DNA from: Macrostomum lignano
Taxonomy: Eukaryota
Assembly (NCBI GenBank): GCA_002269645.1
Contig: NIVC01000911.1
Span: 310,001 to 374,000, forward strand
Length of the DNA stretch: 64,000 nucleotides
Direction of reading: 5' to 3'
Position numbers and translations under genes: made by a program. Positions 60,797-64,000 of the stretch are shown here, one piece after another; position 1 is the stretch's first letter; every line of letters begins with the position of its first letter. The notes below the pieces were generated by a model. That model saw only the letters and a list, made by a program, of their open reading frames with translations, ran no database searches and was not told where the DNA came from.

Positions 60797-60876
60797 GTAT
60801 TGTAGCTTGTTTTGCAGCTGATTTCCGGACACCAGTACGTTCACTGCATATCTAGCTTGTTCATTAGACACCAAAC

Positions 60877-62165
60877 CCTATTCACCGGACATATTCCTAT
60901 TCACCGGACACTCATCCCTATTCACCGGACACTTATCCCTATTCACCGGACACATCTTTATTCACCGGACACGCATCCCTATTCACCGGACACTCATTCC
61001 TATTCACCGGACACTTATCCCTATTTACCGGACGCTTATCTTTATTCACCGGACACTTATTCCTATTCACCGGACACTCATTCCAATTCACCGGACACTT
61101 ATTCCTATTTACCGGACGCTTATCTTTATTCACCGGACACTTATTCCTATTCACCGGACACTTATTCCTATTAACCGGACCCTCATTCCTATTCACCGGA
61201 CACTTATCCCTATTCACCGGACACTTATCCCTATTCACCGGACATATTCCTATTCACCGGACACTTATCCCTATTCGCCGGACACTTATCCCTATTTACC
61301 GGACGCTTATCTTTATTCACCGGACACTTATCCCTATTCACCGGACACATCTTTATTCACCGGACACGCATCCCTATTCACCGGACACTCATTCCTATTC
61401 ACCGGACACTTATCCCTATTTACCGGACGCTTATCTTTATTCACCGGACACTTATTCCTATTCACCGGACACTCATTCCAATTCACCGGACACTTATCCC
61501 TATTTACCGGACGCTTATCTTTATTCACCGGACACTTATTCCTATTAACCGGACCCTCATTCCTATTCACCGGACACTTATCCCTATTCACCGGACACTC
61601 ATCCCTATTCACCGGGCACTCATCCCTATTCACCGGACACTTATCCCTATTCGCTGGACACTTATCCCTATTTACCGGACGCTTATATTTATTCACCGGA
61701 CACTTATTCCTATTCACCGGACACTTATTCCTATTAACCGGACCCTCATTCCTACTCACCGGACACTTATTCCTATTCACCAGACACTCATTCCTACTCA
61801 CCGGACACTTATTCCTACTCACCGGACACTTATTCCTATTCACCAGACACTTATTCCTATTCACCGGACAATTATCCCTATTCACCGGACACTTATCTTT
61901 ATTCACCGGACACTCATCCCTATTCACCGGACACTTATCTTTAATAACCGGACACTCATCCCTATTCACAGGACACTTATCTTTAATAACCGGACACTCA
62001 TCCCTATTCACAGGACACTCATCCCTATTCACCGGACACTTATTCCTATTCACCGGACACTTATCCCTATTCACCGGACACTAATCTTTATTCACCGGAT
62101 ACTTATTCCTATTCACCGGACACTCATCCCTATTTACCGGACACCCATCCCTATTCGCCGGACAC
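60877..62165. repeat. 21-bp intronic minisatellite (TTCACCGGACACTTATCCCTA), Sec16 intron 5
   Basis: Tandem units visible directly. Confidence 0.95.
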
Positions 62166-62174
62166 AACCCCATG

Positions 62175-62738
62175 ATACAAACAAGAATCTGTATGACCAC
62201 ACACAAGAATCTTTATGACCAGACACAAGAATCTGTATGACCAGACACAAGAATCTTTATGAGCAGACACAAGAATCTGTATAACTAGACACAAGAATCT
62301 GTATGAGGAGACACAAGAATCTGTCGGAGGAGACACAAGAATTTGTATGAGCAGACACAATAATCTGTATGAGCAGACACAGGGATCTGTATGAACAGAC
62401 ACAATAATCTGTATGAGCAGACACAATAATCTGTATGAGCAGACACAAGAATCTGTATGAGCAGACACAAGAATCTGTCGGAGGAGACACAAGAATCTGT
62501 ATGAGCAGACACAATAATCTGTATGAGCAGACACAGGGATCTGTATGAGCAGACACAATAATCTGTATGAGCAGACACAAGAATCTGTCGGAGGAGACAC
62601 AAGAATCTGTATGAGCAGACACAATAATCTGTATGAGCAGACACAGGGATCTGTATGAGCAGACACAATAATCTGTATGAGCAGACACAATAATCTGTAT
62701 GAGCAGACACAAGAATCTGTATGAGCAGACACAAGAAT
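62175..62738. repeat. Second 21-bp intronic minisatellite (ATCTGTATGAGCAGACACAAG), Sec16 intron 5
   Basis: Tandem units visible directly. Confidence 0.95.
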
Positions 62739-62770
62739 CTTACTGCTTCTCAAATTTTAACCTCTGTCAG

Positions 62771-63010
62771 GCAAAGATAGTTCTCATCGGCGCCAGACAC
62801 CACGACTTCGATAGTGCCGCAGCTTCAAGAAGTTCAAACGCCAATTTATTCGCCACCAATGAAGCTATCCAGCTCACTGAAGTATTCGAATATGCAATGA
62901 GTCTGTCCGACAAAGACTACCAATTGGGTCACTTGCTGCCGTACAAGTTCATGTACGCTACTAGACTGTTGGATGCGGGCATGATTGAGGAGGCTTTCCA
63001 GTATTGTCAG
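62771..63010 (+). CDS. SEC16: Sec16 exon
   Basis: tcag|AKIVLIG...FATNEAIQLTEVFEYAMSL...YKFMYATRLLDAG...AFQYCQ|gtatta. Confidence 0.92.
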
Positions 63011-63074
63011 GTATTATTGATTGATTTATTGCATCTGAATTTTTTCGTCAAAAATATCCTAAATTATTAGAAAA

Positions 63075-63330
63075 AAAATTATCCCCAAAGCGTCAATAAG
63101 TATCAGAATAGGAGAGAATTATCCCCAAAGCTTCAATAAGTATCAGAATAGGGGAGAATTATCCCCAAAGCTTCAATAAGTATCATAAAAGGGGAGAATT
63201 ATCCCCAAAGCGTTAATAAGTATCAGAATAGGAGAGAATTATCCCCAAAGCGTCAATAAGTATCAGAATAGGGGAGAATTATCCCCAAAGCTTCAATAAG
63301 TATCAGAATAGGGGAGAATTATCCCTAAAG
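63075..63330. repeat. 41-bp intronic minisatellite, Sec16 intron 6
   Basis: aattatccccaaagc(t/g)tcaataagtatcagaatagg(g/a)gag, about 6 copies. Confidence 0.9.
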
Positions 63331-63380
63331 CCCCATTAATCCCCATGAATCAAAGGAAAACCCGCCACCCCAAATCCCAG

Positions 63381-63995
63381 GTGATCGGCAGATCGCTGCT
63401 CAACCAGCAGCAGTCTCCAGACCAGGCCGCATTCGCCACCGACACTCTGGTCCGCGAGACTCTCCGTCTATCCGAGCGGCTTCAGTGCCACCCGGCTTGC
63501 GAGATGTCCCTCGACCAGCCTGATTGGCTGAGCCAGCTCAGGCAGTACTACACAGCTGGCCAGTTGCCATGCCAACTGTCGCAGGACCAGCAGGTGTACC
63601 AGTCTCAGTACTGGCAACAGCAGCAACAGCAACTAGACGAAGTAGATCCATCAGTAGCGACAGCTCCGTTTTCTAGCTACGCGGCTGCTAAAACACCTGT
63701 TAGTTATTCACCTCTGCGTCAGCAACAACAGCAGCAGCAGCATAGAGATTCTCCTCTGTCATTTGGCGATGTCAACTCTTATAAACAGCAGCAGCAGCAT
63801 CTGGCAATGCGCAAGGACTCTGTATCGAGTGTGTCTCAGCATTCTAACGCTGGTTCCAGTCTGCACCAGCAGCCGCCTCCTCCGCCGCCGCCACCGCCGC
63901 AACAGCATCAACCGTCAAGTCCTCCTGGCACCTCCGGCTCGGGTGGTGGCACCGTATTTGATTATTATGGCGCGGTGCAGAGCAGCGGTCAGCAG
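63381..63995 (+). CDS. SEC16: Sec16 exon (end of conserved domain and Q/P-rich region); gene continues past the window
   Basis: cccag|VIGRSLL...LRLSERLQCHP...PDWLSQLRQYY..., 205 open codons, donor gtgag at 63996. Confidence 0.8.
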
Positions 63996-64000
63996 GTGAG

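Noticed and set aside
60812-62753. ORFs with CPVNRDK, YSPDT and LLIQILVS repeats
   Set aside because: They are 21-bp intronic minisatellites between two well-supported, phase-compatible Sec16 exons.

Overview
Eukaryotic, intron-containing animal DNA. GC-rich poly-Q exons, minisatellite-filled introns and TTAGGG tracts suggest a free-living flatworm such as Macrostomum; this is an inference, not a proof. Layout from left to right: (1) the last two coding exons of a histidine decarboxylase-like gene (74-1384); (2) an uncharacterised Ig-domain type I membrane protein gene on the minus strand (about 4.66-7.44 kb); (3) about 22 kb (7893-29617) made of four non-autonomous Helitron-like elements, one inverted plus three joined head-to-tail at CTAG|TC junctions, carrying tRNA-like cassettes, satellite arrays and interstitial telomeric repeats; (4) a short RTE-type insertion with TSD; (5) a second, inverted copy of the Ig-receptor gene (31.4-34.1 kb) with a near-identical 1913-bp core but divergent N-terminal domain and tail; (6) a non-LTR fragment, a degenerate Ty3/Gypsy element with a solo LTR inside its RT catalytic motif, and a degenerate ISL2EU/Harbinger-type transposase; (7) a Sec16 gene (49601 to beyond the window end) with a 4.8-kb exon containing a long PPPASQAYQQS repeat and a different minisatellite in each intron. 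The best candidates for something undescribed are the mosaic inverted Ig-receptor pair and the tRNA-cassette/satellite/telomere-bearing Helitron stack between the two copies. All coordinates, splice sites and identities were read by eye; no database search or alignment was run.
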